A stretch of DNA of 64,000 bases from Eledone cirrhosa (Eukaryota), in assembly GCA_964016885.1 (NCBI GenBank), contig OZ024760.1, positions 31,000,001-31,064,000 on the forward strand, written 5' to 3'. The notes under the pieces were generated by a model. That model saw nothing but the letters and a program-made list of their open reading frames with translations. It was not told where the DNA came from and ran no database searches. Made by a program: the position numbers and the translations under genes. Of this stretch, positions 42,050 through 56,691 are shown piece after piece (within the stretch, counting starts at the first letter, position 1; each line of letters starts with the position of its first letter).

Positions 42050-42584
42050 CTCAATGATGTGCTTGCCATGCTGGTGGTCCAGCTATGTAACTGCCAATGC
42101 TTCCTCAGTCAGCCCACGTGCCCCTCCAAAAAAAAAAAAGAGAAACAAAAAGAAAGCAAAAGAAGAAAAGATTCTATGATGTTGAAGTTTTTCGTTTTTG
42201 CAATCGTGATGCTGACATAACAAAGCTGGCATTTTTCCAAAGCACTGAGTTCTCAAAGTTTGTGACCAGGGACACACTGTCATCTTTGTACCTGTTCTTC
42301 CTGGTATTGTTGCACTCATTCAACTGTTGCTTTGGCATGTCCATCATTGACACTTGTGTGCCCATTTCACAAGTGCACACAGCTGCCTCTGCCTTATTCA
42401 CTGCACATTCGTCCTCATGCAGCATCACCTGTATCGACTTATTTACCAGATCGACCACAGGGGTGGTGATTTGGTTGTTGTTATTGTGGTTGTTGCTGTC
42501 CGTGTTTGTTGTAGCGTCCATTTTAGCGACATTGTCGTCGCTGTTGTTGTTGTTGTTGTTGGTTGTTATAGCGACCATTTTAGC
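42050..42584 (-). pseudogene. Truncated duplicate of the 3' end of the Asn/Asp-rich exon plus downstream sequence
   Basis: Near-identical to 58663-~59203, with the same [12 protein letters not shown]...RKTSTS* translation. It is fused directly to Sat50 at 42584. Confidence 0.85.
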
Positions 42585-45010
42585 TGTCTACTACAACAGC
42601 CAGGTACCACATGGCTGGGAAGTATTTTTACAGCTGTCTACTACAACATCCAGTTACCACATAGGTGGGAAGCATTTTGACAGTTGTCTACTACAACAGC
42701 CAGGTACAACATAGGTGGGAAGCATTTTGACAGTTGTCGACTACAACATCCAGGTACCACATGGGTGGGAAGCATTTTGAGAGCTTCCTACTACAACAGC
42801 CAGGTACCTCACAGGTGGTAAGTATTTTGACAGCTGTCTACTACACCAGGCCAGGTACCACATGGGTGGGAAGTATTTTGACAGCTGTCTAATACAACAG
42901 CCAGGTACCACATGGTTGGGAAGTATTTTTACAGCTGTCTACTACAACAGAGAGGTACCTCACAGGTGGGAAGTATTTTAACAGCTTCCTACTACAACAG
43001 CCAGGTACCACATGGTTGGGAAGTATTTTGACAGCTGTCTACTACAACAGAGAGGTACCACATGGTTGGGAAGTATTTTGACAGCTGTCTACTACAACAA
43101 CCACGTACCACACAGGTGGGAAGTATTTTGACAGCTGTCTACTACAACAGCCAGGTACCTCACAGGTGGGAAGTATTTTGACAGCTGTCTACTACAACAG
43201 CCAAGTACCACATGGCTGGGAAGTATTTTGACAGCTGTCTACTACAACAACCAGGTACCACACAGGTGGGAAGTATTTTGACAGCTGTCTACTACAACAG
43301 ACAGGTTCCTCACAGGTGGGAAGTATTTTGACAGCTTCCTACTACAACAGCCAGGTACCACATGGTTGGGAAGTATTTTGACAGCTGTCTATTAGAACAG
43401 CCAGGTACAACATAGGTGGGAAGTATTTTGACAGTTGTCTACTACAACATCCATGTACCACATGGTTGGGAAGTATTTTGAGAGCTTCCTACTACAACAG
43501 TCAGGTACCTCAAAGGTGGTAAGTATTTTGACAGCTGTCTACTACAACAACCAGGTACCACATGGGTGGTAAATATTTTGACAGCTGTCTAATACAACAG
43601 CCAGGTACCACATGGGTGGGAAGTATTTTGACAGCTGTCTACTGCAACAGAGAGGTACCTCACAGGTGGGAAGTATTTTGACAGCTTCCTACTACAACAG
43701 CCAGGAACCACATGGTTGGGAAGTATTTTGACAGCTGTCTACTACAACAGAGAGGGACCACATGGTTGGGAAGTATTTTGACAGCTGTCTCCTACAACAG
43801 CCAGGTACCACATGGATGGGAAGTATTTTGACAGCTCTCTACTACAACAACCAGGTACCACACAGGTGGGAAGTATTTTGACAGCTGTCTACTACAACAG
43901 CCAGGTACCTCACAGGTGGGAAGTATTTTGACAGCTGTCTACTACAACAGCCAGGTACCACATGGGTGGGAAGTATTTTGACAGTTGTCTACTACAACAT
44001 CCAGGTACCACATGGGTGGGAAGCATTTTGAGAGCTTCCTACTACAACAGCCAGGTACCTCACAGGTGGTAAGTATTTCGACAGCTGTCTACTACAACAG
44101 AGGTACCACATTGGTGGGAAGTATTTTGACAGCTGTCTACTACAACAGCCAGGTACCACATGGATGGGAAGTATTTTGACAGCTGTCTACTACAACAACC
44201 AGGTACCACACAGGTGGGAAGTATTTTGACAGCTGTCTACTACAACAGCCAGGTACCTCACAGGTGGGAAGTATTTTGACAGCTGTCTACTACAACAGCC
44301 AGGTACCACATGGTTGGGAAGTATTTTGACAGCTGTCTACTACAACAGACAGGTTCCTCACAGGTGGGAAGTATTTTGACAGCTTCCTACTACAACAGCC
44401 AGGTACCACATGGTTGGGAAGTATTTTGACAGCTGTCTAATACAACAGCCAGGTACCAAATGGTTGGGAAGTATTTTGACAGCTGTCTACTACAACAGCC
44501 AGGTACCACATGGATGGGAAGTATTTTGACAGCTGTCTACTACAACAACCAGGTACCACACAGGGGGGAAGTATTTTGACAGCTGTCTACTACAACAGCC
44601 AGGTACCTCACAGGTGGGAAGTATTTTGACAGCTGTCTACTACAACAGCCAGGTACCACATGGGTGGGAAGTATTTTGACAGCTGTCTACTACAACAGCC
44701 AGGTATCACATGGGTGGGAAGTATTTTGACAGCTGTCTACTACAACAGACAGGTTCCTCACAGGTGGGAAGTATTTTGACAGCTTCCTACTACAACAGCC
44801 AGGTACCACATGGCTGGGAAGTATTTTGACAGCTGTCTACTACAACATCCAGGTACCACATGGGTGGGAAGTATTTTGACGGCTGCCTACTACAACAGCC
44901 AGGTACCTCACAGGTGAAAAGTATTTAGACAGCTCTCTACTACAACAGCGAGGTACCACATGGGTGGCAAGTATTTTGACAGCTGTCTACTAAAACAGCC
45001 AGCTACCACA
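42585..45010. repeat. Sat50 array
   Basis: Same 50-bp monomer. Confidence 0.97.
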
Positions 45011-45118
45011 GATCTCCAAATTAAACTTAGTCTAAAGACCATCCTGTTGTTTTGTGTGTGTGTGTGAGAAGGGGGGGGGGATAAAATATGTGCGTGTGTG
45101 TTTGTTTCTTTTTTAGTT
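45011..45118. repeat. ~108-bp non-satellite linker, copy 1 of 3 (others at 49106 and 54000)
   Basis: GATCTCCA(A/G)ATTAAACTTAGTCTAAAGACCATCCTG-(TG)n-poly(G)-ATAAAATATG, found at the Sat50-to-Sat48 junctions of the right-hand block. Confidence 0.93.
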
Positions 45119-47008
45119 TTTGTGGCAGCACCACTACCACTTTTCAGAGTGTATTGGATGTATTTTATTGTGGTAGCACCACTACCATTTTACAGAGTGT
45201 ACTGGGTGTATTTTATTGTGACAACACCCCTACCATTTTACAGAGTGTACTGAGTGTATTTTATTGTGGCAACACCACTTCCACTTTACAGAATGTACTG
45301 GGTGTATTTTATTGTGGCAACACTACCACCACTTTACAGAGTGTTCTGGGTGAATTTTATTGTGGCAACACCACAACCACTTTACAGAGTGTACTGGGTG
45401 TATTTTATTGTGGCACCACCACTATCACTTTACAGAGTGTACTGGGTGTAATTTATTGTGGCAACACCACTTTACAGAGTGTACTGGGTGTATTTTATTG
45501 TAACAACACCACTTTACAGAGTGTACTGGGTGTATTTTATTGTGGCAACACCACTACCACTTTGCAGAGTGTACTGGGTGTATTTTATTGTAGCAACACC
45601 ACTACTACTTTATAGAGTGTACTGGGTGTATTTTATTGTAGCAACACTACCACCACTTTACAGAGTGTACTGGGTGTATTTTATTGTGGCAACACTACCA
45701 CCACTTTACAGAGTGTACTGGGTGCATTTTATTGTGGCAACACTACTACCATTTTACAGAGTATACTGGGTGTATTTTATTGTGGCAACACCACTACCAC
45801 TTTACAGAGTGTACTGGGTGTATTTTATTGTGGCAACACCACTACCACTTTACAGAGTGTACTGGGTGTATTTTATTGTAGCAACACCACTACCACTTTA
45901 CAGAGTGTACTGGGTGTATTTTATTGTGGCAACACTACCACTACTTTACAGAGTGTACTGGGTGTATTTTATTGTGGCAACACTACTACCACTTTACAGA
46001 GTGTACTGGGTGTATTTTATTGTGGCAACACCACTACCACTTTATAGAGTGTACTGGATGTATTTTATTGTGACAACACCACTACCACGTTACAGAGTGT
46101 ACTGGGTGTATTTTATTGTGGCAACACCACTTCCACTTTACAGAGTGTACTGGGTGTATATAATTTTGGCAACACCACTACCACTTTACAGAGTGTACTG
46201 GGTGTATTTTATTGTGGCAACACGACTACCACTTTACAGAGTGTACTGGGTGTATTTTATTGTAGCAAAACCACTACCACTTTACAGAGTGTATTGGGTG
46301 TATTTTATTGTGGCAACACTACCACCACTTTACAGAGTGTACTGGGTGTATTTTATTGTAGCAATACCACTACCACTTTACAGAGTGTACTGGGTGTATT
46401 TTATTGTAGCAATACCACTACCACTTTACAGAGTGTACTGGGTGTATTTTATTGTAGCAACACCACTACCACTTTACAGAGTGTACTGGGTGTATTTTAT
46501 TGTTGCAACACTACCACCACTTTACAGAGTGTACTGGGTGTATTTTATTGTGGCAACACTACCACTACTTTACAGAGTGTACTGGGTGTATTTTATTGTG
46601 GCAACACTACTACCACTTTACAGAGTATACTGGGTGTATTTTATTGTGGCAACACCACTACCACTTTACAGAGTGTACTGGGTGTATTTTATTGTGGCAA
46701 CACCACCACTTTACAGAGTGTACTGGGTGTATTTTATTGTAGCAACACAACTACCACTTTACAGAGTGTACTGGGTGTATTTTATTGTGGCAACACTCCC
46801 ACCACTTTACAGAGTGTACTGGGTGTATTTTATTGTGGTAGCACCACCACCACTTTACAGAGTGTTCTGGGTGTATTTTATTGTGGCAGCACCACCTCTT
46901 TACAGAGTGTACTGGGTGTATTTTATCGTGGCAACACTACCACCACTTTACAGAGTGTACTGCGTGTATTTTATTGTGGTAGCACCACTACCACTTTACA
47001 GACTGTAC
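45119..47008. repeat. Sat48 array
   Basis: Same 48-bp monomer. Confidence 0.97.
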
Positions 47009-49105
47009 ACATGGGTGGGAAGCATTTTGAGAGCTTCCTACTACAACAGCCAGGTACCTCACAGGTGGTAAGTATTTTGACAGCTGTCTACTACAACAGA
47101 GGTACCACATGGGTGGAAAGTATTTTGACAGCTGTCTACTACAACAGCCAGGTACCTCACAGGTGGTAAGTATTTTGACAGCTCTCTACTACAACAGCCA
47201 GGTACCACATGGTTGGGAAGTATTTTGACAGCTGTCTACTACAACAGAGAGGTACCACATGGATGGGAAGTATTTTGACAGCTGTCTACTACAACAGCCA
47301 GGTACCACATGGTTGGGAAGTATTTTGACAGCTGTCTACTACAACAGAGAGGTACCACATGGGTGTGAAGTATTTTGACAGCTGTCTACCACAACAGCCA
47401 GGTAACACATGGGTGGGAAGTATTTTGACAGCTGTCTACTACAACATCCAGTTACCACATGGAATGGAAGTATTTTGACAGCTGTCTAATACAACAGCCA
47501 GGTACCACATGGGTGGCAAGTATTTGACAGCTGTCTACTACAACAGAGAGGTACCTCACAGGTGAGAAGTATTTTGACAGCTTCCTACTACAACAGCCAG
47601 GTACCACATGCATGGGAAGTATTTTGACAGCTGTCTACTACAACAGCCAGGTACCACATGGATGGGAAGTATTTTGACAGCTGTCTACTACAACAACCAG
47701 GTACCACACAGGTGGGAAGTATTTTGACAGCTGTCTACTACAACAGCCAGGTACCTCACAGGTGGGAAGTATTTTGACAGCTGTCTACTACAACAGCCAG
47801 GTACCACATGGGTGGGAAGTATTTTGACAGCTGTCTACTACAACAGCCAGGTACCTCACAGGTGGGGAGTATTTTGACAGCTGTCTACTACAACAGCCAG
47901 GTACCACATGGCTGGGGAGTATTTTGACAGCTGTCTACTACAACAGCCAGGTACCACATGGGTGGGAAGTATTTTGACAGCTGTCTACAACAGCCAGGAA
48001 CCAAATGGAAGGGAAGTATTTTGACAGCTTCCTACTACAACAGCCAGGTACCACATGGGTGGGAAGTATTTTGACAGCTCTCTACTACCACAGTTGGGTA
48101 CGACATGGGTGGGGAGTATTTTGACAGCTGTCTACTACAATAGACAGGCACCTCACAGTTGGGAAGTATTTTAACAGCTGTCTATTAGAACAGCCAGGTA
48201 CCACATGGCTGGGAAGTATTTTGACAGCTTCCTACTACAACAGCCAGGTACCACACATGTGGGAAGCATTCTGACAGCTGTCTACTACAACAGCCATGTA
48301 CCTCACAGGTGGGAAGTATTTTCACAGCTACCTACTACAACAGCCAGGTGCCACATAGGTGGGAAGTATTTTGATAGCTGTCTACCACAACAGCAATGTA
48401 CCACATGGGTGGGAAGTATTTTGACAGCTCTCTACTACCACAGTTGGGTACGACATGGGTGGGAAGTATTTTGACAGCTTCCTACTACAACAGCCAGGTA
48501 CCACATGGGTGGGAAGTATTTTGATAGCTATCTACCACAACAGCAATGTACCACATGAATGGGAAGTATTTTGACAGCTCTCTACTACCACAGTTGGGTA
48601 CGACATGGGTGGGAAGTATTTTGACAGCTTCCTACTACAACAGCCAGGTACCACTTGGGTGGGAAGTATTTTGATAGCTGTCTACTATAACAGCAAATAA
48701 CCTCACAGATGGGAAGTATTTGGACAGCTATCTACTTCAACAGCCATGTACCTCACAGGTGGGAAATATTTTGACAGCTGTTTACTACAACAGCCAGGTA
48801 CCTCAGAGGTGGGAATTATTTTAAAAGCTGTCTACTACAACAGCCAGGTACCTCACAGGTGGGAATTATTTTGACAGTTGTCTACTACAACAGCCAGGTA
48901 CCACATGGGTGGGAAGTATTTTGACAGCTGTCTACTACAACATCCAGGTACCACATGGGTGGGAAGTATTTTGACGGCTGCCTACTACAACAGCCAGGTA
49001 CCATACAGGTGAAAAGTATTTAGACAGCTCTCTACTACAACAGCCAGGTACCACATGGGTGGCAAGTATTTTGACAGCTGTCTACTAAAACAGCCAGCTA
49101 CCACA
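47009..49105. repeat. Sat50 array
   Basis: Same 50-bp monomer. Confidence 0.97.
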
Positions 49106-49214
49106 GATCTCCAGATTAAACTTAGTCTAAAGACCATCCTGTTGTTTTGTGTGTGTGTGTGAGAAGGGGGGGGGGATAAAATATGTCCGTGTGTGTTTGT
49201 TTCTTTTTTAGTTT

Positions 49215-50806
49215 TTGTGGCAGCACCACTACCACTTTTCAGAGTGTATTGGATGTATTTTATTGTGGTAGCACCACTACCATTTTACAGAGTGTACTGG
49301 GTGTATTTTATTGTGACAACACCACTACCATGTTACAGAGTCTACTGAGTGTATTTTATTGTGGCAACACCACTTCCACTTTACAGAATGTACTGGGTGT
49401 ATTTTATTGTGGCAACACTACCACCACTTTACAGAGTGTTCTGGGTGAATTTTATTGTGGCAACACCAATACCACTTTACAGAGTGTACTGGGTGTATTT
49501 TATTGTGGCAGCACAACTACCACTTTACAGAGTGTACTGGGTGTATTTTATTGTGGCAACACCACTACCACTTTACAGAGTTGGCTGGGTGTATTTTATT
49601 GTAGCAACACAACTACCACTTTACAGAGTGTACTGCGTGTATTTTATTGTGGCAACACCACTTTACAGAGTGTACTGGGTGTATTTTATTGTGGCAACAC
49701 CACTACCACTTTACAGAGTGTACTGGGTGTATTTCATTGTGGCACCACCACTACCACTTTACAGAGTGTACTGGGTGTATTTTATTGTGGCAACACCACC
49801 TTACAGAGTGTACAGGGTGTATTTTATTGTGGCAACACCACTACCACTTTGCAGAGTGTACTGGGTGTATTTTATTGTGGCACCACCACTACCACTTTAC
49901 AGAGTGTACTGGGTGTATTTTATTGTGGCAACACCACTTTACAGAGTGTACTGGGTGTATTTTATTGTGGCAACACCACTACCACTTTGCAGAGTGTACT
50001 GGGTGTATTTTATTGTAGCAACACCACTACCACTTTATAGAGTGTACTGGGTGTATTTTATTGTGGCAACACCACTACCACTTTACAGAGTGTACTGGGT
50101 GTATTTTATTGTGGCAACACTACCACCACTTTACAGAGTGTACTGGGTGTATTTTATTGTAGCAACACAACTACCACTTTACAGAGTGTACTGGGTGTAT
50201 TTTATTGTGGCAACACTCCCACCACTTTACAGAGTGTACTGGGTGTATTTTATTGTGGTAGCACCACCACCACTTTACAGAGTGTACTGGGTGTATTTTA
50301 TTGTGGCAACACCACTTTACAGAGTGTACTGGGTGTATTTTATTGTGGCAACACCACTACCACTTTGCAGAGTGTACTGGGTGTATTTTATTGTAGCAAC
50401 ACCACTACCACTTTATAGAGTGTACTGGGTGTATTTTATTGTGGCAACACCACTACCACTTTACAGAGTGTACTGGGTGTATTTTATTGTGGCAACACTA
50501 CCACCACTTTACAGAGTGTACTGGGTGTATTTTATTGTGGCAACACCACTACCACTTTACAGAGTGTACTGGGTGTATTTTATTATGGCAACACTACCAC
50601 CACTTTACAGAGTGTACTGGGTGTATTTTATTGTGGTAGCACCACCACCACTTTACAGAGTGTTCTGGGTGTATTTTATTGTGGCAGCACCACCTCTTTA
50701 CAGAGTGTACTGGGTGTATTTTATCGTGGCAACACTACCACCACTTTACAGAGTGTACTGCGTGTATTTTATTGTGGTAGCACCACTACCACTTTACAGA
50801 CTGTAC
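49215..50806. repeat. Sat48 array
   Basis: Same 48-bp monomer, preceded by linker copy 2 (49106-49214). Confidence 0.97.
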
Positions 50807-53800
50807 ACATGGGTGGGAAGCATTTTGAGAGCTTCCTACTACAACAGCCAGGTACCTCACAGGTGGTAAGTATTTTGACAGCTGTCTACTACAACAGAGG
50901 TACCACATGGGTGGAAAGTATTTTGACAGCTGTCTACTACAACAGCCAGGTACCTCACAGGTGGTAAGTATTTTGACAGCTCTCTACTACAACAGCCAGG
51001 TACCACATGGTTGGGAAGTATTTTGACAGCTGTCTACTACAACAGAGAGGTACCACATGGATGGGAAGTATTTTGACAGCTGTCTACTACAACAGCCAGG
51101 TACCACATGGATGGGAAGTATTTTGACAGCTGTCTACTACAACAGAGAGGTACCACATGGGTGTGAAGTATTTTGACAGCTGTCTACCACAACAGCCAGG
51201 TAACACATGGGTGGGAAGTATTTTGACAGCTGTCTACTACAACATCCAGTTACCACATGGGTGGGAAGTATTTTGACAGCTGTCTAATACAACAGCCAGG
51301 TACCACATGGGTGGGAAGTATTTGACAGCTGTCTACTACTACAGAGAGGTACCTCACAGGTGAGAAGTATTTTGACAGCTTCCTACTACAACAGCCAGGT
51401 ACCACATGCATGGGAAGTATTTTGACAGCTGTCTACTACAACAGCCAGGTACCACATGGATGGGAAGTATTTTGACAGCTGTCTACTACAACAACCAGGT
51501 ACCACACAGGTGGGAAGTATTTTGACAGCTGTCTACTACAACAGCCAGGTACCTCACAGGTGGGAAGTATTTTGACAGCTGTCTACTACAACAGCCAGGT
51601 ACCACATGGGTGGGAAGTATTTTGACAGCTGTCTACTACAACAGCCAGGTACCTCACAGGTGGGAAGTATTTTGACAGCTGTCTACTACAACAGCCAGGT
51701 ACCACATGGGTGGGGAGTATTTTGACAGCTGTCTACTACAATAGACAGGCACCTCACCGGTGGGAAATATTTTGACAGCTGTCTATTAGAACAGCCAGGT
51801 ACCTCACAGGTTGGAAGTATTTTGACAGCTGTCTACTACAACAGCCAGGTACCACATGGGTGGGAAGTATTTTGACAGCTGTCTACAACAGCCAGGAACC
51901 AAATGGAAGGGAAGTATTTTGACAGCTTCCTACTACAACAGCCAGGTACCACATGGGTGGGAAGTATTTTGACAGCTCTCTACTACCACAGTTGGGTACG
52001 ACATGGGTGGGGAGTATTTTGACAGCTGTCTACTACAATAGACAGGCACCTCACAGTTGGGAAGTATTTTGACAGCTGTCTATTAGAACAGCCAGGTACC
52101 ACATGGCTGGGAAGTATTTTGACAGCTGTCTACTACAACAGAGAGGTACCACATGGGTGTGAAGTATTTTGACAGCTGTCTACCACAACAGCCAGGTAAC
52201 ACATGGGTGGGAAGTATTTTGACAGCTGTCTACTACAACATCCAGTTACCACATGGGTGGGAAGTATTTTGACAGCTGTCTAATACAACAGCCAGGTACC
52301 ACATGGGTGGGAAGTATTTGACAGCTGTCTACTACTACAGAGAGGTACCTCACAGGTGAGAAGTATTTTGACAGCTTCCTACTACAACAGCCAGGTACCA
52401 CATGCATGGGAAGTATTTTGACAGCTGTCTACTACAACAGCCAGGTACCACATGGATGGGAAGTATTTTGACAGCTGTCTACTACAACAACCAGGTACCA
52501 CACAGGTGGGAAGTATTTTGACAGCTGTCTACTACAACAGCCAGGTACCTCACAGGTGGGAAGTATTTTGACAGCTGTCTACTACAACAGCCAGGTACCA
52601 CATGGGTGGGAAGTATTTTGACAGCTGTCTACTACAACAGCCAGGTACCTCACAGGTGGGAAGTATTTTGACAGCTGTCTACTACAACAGCCAGGTACCA
52701 CATGGGTGGGGAGTATTTTGACAGCTGTCTACTACAATAGACAGGCACCTCACCGGTGGGAAATATTTTGACAGCTGTCTATTAGAACAGCCAGGTACCT
52801 CACAGGTTGGAAGTATTTTGACAGCTGTCTACTACAACAGCCAGGTACCACATGGGTGGGAAGTATTTTGACAGCTGTCTACAACAGCCAGGAACCAAAT
52901 GGAAGGGAAGTATTTTGACAGCTTCCTACTACAACAGCCAGGTACCACATGGGTGGGAAGTATTTTGACAGCTCTCTACTACCACAGTTGGGTACGACAT
53001 GGGTGGGGAGTATTTTGACAGCTGTCTACTACAATAGACAGGCACCTCACAGTTGGGAAGTATTTTGACAGCTGTCTATTAGAACAGCCAGGTACCACAT
53101 GGCTGGGAAGTATTTTGACAGCTTCCTACTACAACAGCCAGGTACCACTCATGTGGGAAGTATTCTGACAGCTCTCTACTACAACAGCCATGTACCTCAC
53201 AGATGGGAAGTATTTTCACAGCTACCTACTACAACAGCCAGGTGCCACATAGGTGGGAAGTATTTTGAAAGCTGTCTACCACAACAGCAATGTACCACAT
53301 GGGTGGGAAGTATTTTGACAGCTCTCTACTACCACAGTTGGGTACGACATGGGTGGGAAGTATTTTGACAGCTTCCTACTACAACAGCCAGGTACCACAT
53401 GGGTGGGAAGTATTTTGATAGCTGTCTACCACAACAGCAATGTACCACATGAATGGGAAGTATTTTGACAGCTCTCTACTACCACAGTTGGGTACGACAT
53501 GGGTGGGAAGTATTTTGACAGCTTCCTACTACAACAGCCAGGTACCACTTGGGTGGGAAGTATTTTGATAGCTGTCTACTATAACAGCAAATAACCTCAC
53601 AGATGGGAAGTATTTGGACAGCTATCTACTTCAACAGCCATGTACCTCACAGGTGGGAAATATTTTGACAGCTGTCTACTACAACAGCCAGGTACCTCAC
53701 AGGTGGGAATTATTTTGAAAGTTGTCTACTACAACAGCCAGGTACCTCACAGGTGGGAATTATTTTGACAGTTGTCTACTACAACAGCCAGGTACCACAT

Positions 53801-53999
53801 GGGTGGGAAGTATTTTGACAGCTGTCTACTACAACATCCAGGTACCACATGGGTGGGAAGTATTTTGACGGCTGCCTACTACAACAGCCAGGTACCATAC
53901 AGGTGAAAAGTATTTAGACAGCTCTCTACTACAACAGCCAGGTACCACATGGGTGGCAAGTATTTTGACAGCTGTCTACTAAAACAGCCAGCTACCACA
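50807..53999. repeat. Sat50 array with an internal ~996-bp tandem duplication
   Basis: The variant GTGTGAAG monomer at 51161 and 52157 is followed by the same series of variants. Confidence 0.95.
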
Positions 54000-54108
54000 G
54001 ATCTCCAGATTAAACTTAGTCTAAAGACCATCCTGTTGTTTTGTGTGTGTGTGTGAGAAGGGGGGGGGGGATAAAATATGTGCGTGTGTGTTTGTTTCTT
54101 TTTTAGTT

Positions 54109-55381
54109 TTTGTGGCAGCACCACTACCACTTTTCAGAGTGTATTGGATGTATTTTATTGTGGTAGCACCACTACCATTTTACAGAGTGTACTGGGTGTA
54201 TTTTATTGTGACAACACCACTACCATGTTACAGAGTGTACTGAGTGTATTTTATTGTGGCAACACCACTTCCACTTTACAGAATGTACTGGGTGTATTTT
54301 ATTGTGGCAACACTACCACCACTTTACAGAGTGTTCTGGGTGAATTTTATTGTAGCAACACCACTACCACTTTACAGAGTGTACTGGGTTGTATTTTTTT
54401 GTAGCAACACCACTACCCCTTTACAGAGTGTACTGGGTTGTATTTTATTGTAGCAACACAACTACCACTTTACAGAGTGTACTGCGTGTATTTTATTGTG
54501 GCAACACCACTTTACAGAGTGTACTGGGTGTATTTTATTGTGGCAACACCACTACCACTTTACAGAGTGTACTGGGTGTATTTCATTGTGGCACCACCAC
54601 TACCACTTTACAGAGTGTACTGGGTGTATTTTATTGTGGCAACACCACCTTACAGAGTGTACAGGGTGTATTTTATTGTGGCAACACCACTACCACTTTG
54701 CAGAGTGTACTGGGTGTATTTTATTGTGGCACCACCACTACCACTTTACAGAGTGTACTGGGTGTATTTTATTGTGGCAACACCACTTTACAGAGTGTAC
54801 TGGGTGTATTTTATTGTGGCAACACCACTACCACTTTGCAGAGTGTACTGGGTGTATTTTATTGTAGCAACACCACTACCACTTTATAGAGTGTACTGGG
54901 TGTATTTTATTGTGGCAACACCACTACCACTTTACAGAGTGTACTGGGTGTATTTTATTGTGGCAACACTACCACCACTTTACAGAGTGTACTGGGTGTA
55001 TTTTATTGTGGCAACACCACTACCACTTTACAGAGTGTACTGGGTGTATTTTATTGTGGCAACACTACCACCACTTTACAGAGTGTACTGGGTGTATTTT
55101 ATTGTGGCAACACTAACACTACTTTACAGAGTGTACTGGGTGTATTTTATTGTGGCAACACTACTACCACTTTACAGAGTGTACTGGGTGTATTTTATTG
55201 TGGCAACACCACTACCACTTTATAGAGTGTACTGGGTGTATTTAATTGTGGCAACACCACTACCACTTTACAGAGTGTACTGGGTGTATTTTATTGTGGT
55301 AGCACCACTACCACTTTACATAGTGTATTGGGTGTATATAATGTGGCAACACCACTACCACTTTACAGAGTGTACTGGGTG
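54109..55381. repeat. Sat48 array
   Basis: Same monomer, preceded by linker copy 3 (54000-54108). It ends in GGGTGCAGATGC, as does the array at 28073. Confidence 0.97.
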
Positions 55382-55438
55382 CAGATGCTTTTTGTTTTCA
55401 TGGCATCATGACATATACTTGAAGAAGAAAAATATGAC

Positions 55439-56691
55439 TGGAGGGTAAGAAGACAGGAGGGGGAGAAGAAGACAGGCGAGAGAACAAGAGAGGAGGGGGG
55501 AGAACAACACAGGAGGGGGGGGAAGAAGACAGGGGGGAACAAGAGAGGAGGGGGGAGAAGAAGACAGGAGCAGGAGAAGAGAGGAGGGGGAGAACAAGAC
55601 AGCAGGGGGAGAACAAGACAGGAGGGGGAGAACAAGACAGGAGGGTGGAGAACAAGACAGAGGGGGGTAGAAGAAAGGAGGGGGAGAACAAGACAGGGGG
55701 GGTGGTATAACAAGACCCAGGGGGGGTAGAACAAGAGAGGAGGGGGGAGAACAAGACAGGAGGGTGGAAAACAAGACGAGGGGGGTAGAACAAGAGAGGA
55801 GGGGTAGAACAAGGCAGAGGGGGGGGGTAGAACAAGAGAGGAGGGGGGAGAACAAGAGAGGAGGGGGAGAACAAGAGAGGAGGGGGGAGAACAAGACAGG
55901 AGGATGGAGAATAAGACAGAGGGGGGTAGAACAAGAGAGGAGGGGGAAGAACAAGACAGGGGGGTGGAGAACAAGACAGAGGGGTAGAATAAGAGAGGAG
56001 GGGGAAGAACAAGACAGGAGGATGGAGAACAAGACAGAGAGGGGTAGAACAAGAGAGGAGGTGGAGAAGAAGACAGAAGGGGTAGAACAAGAGAGGAGGG
56101 GGTAGAAGAAGACAGAGGGGAGTAGAACAAGAGGGGAGGGGGGAGAACAAGACAGGAGGGTGGAGAACAAGACAGAGTGGGGTAGAACAAGAGAGGAGGG
56201 GGAGAACAAGACAGGAGGGTGGAAAACAAGACGGGGGGAGGTAGAACAAGATAGGAGGGGGTAGAACAAGACAGTGGGGTGGAGAACAAGGCAGAGGGGG
56301 GTAGAACAAGAGAGGAGGGGGAAGAACAAGACAGGAGGGTGGAGAACAAGGCAGAGGGGGGTAGAACAAGAGAGGAGGGGGTAGAACAAGACAGGAGGGT
56401 GGAGAACATGACAGAGAGGTGTAGAACAAGAGGAGGGGGGAGAACAAGACAGGAGGGTGGAGAACAAGACAGAGGGGGGTAGAACAAGACAGGAGGGGGG
56501 AGAAGTAGACAGAGGGGGTAGAACAAGAGAGGAGGGGGAAGAACAAGACAGGAGGGTGGAGAACAAGACAGGGGGGGTAGAACAAGAGAGGAGGGTGGAG
56601 AACAAGACAGAGGGGGGTAGAACAAGAGAGGAGGGGGGAGAAGAAGACAGGAGGGTGGAGAACAAGAGAGGAGGGGGGAGAAGAAGACAGA
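55439..56691. repeat. Polypurine (GA-rich) minisatellite, copy B
   Basis: Same unit and the same unique flanks as 28131-29222. Confidence 0.95.
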
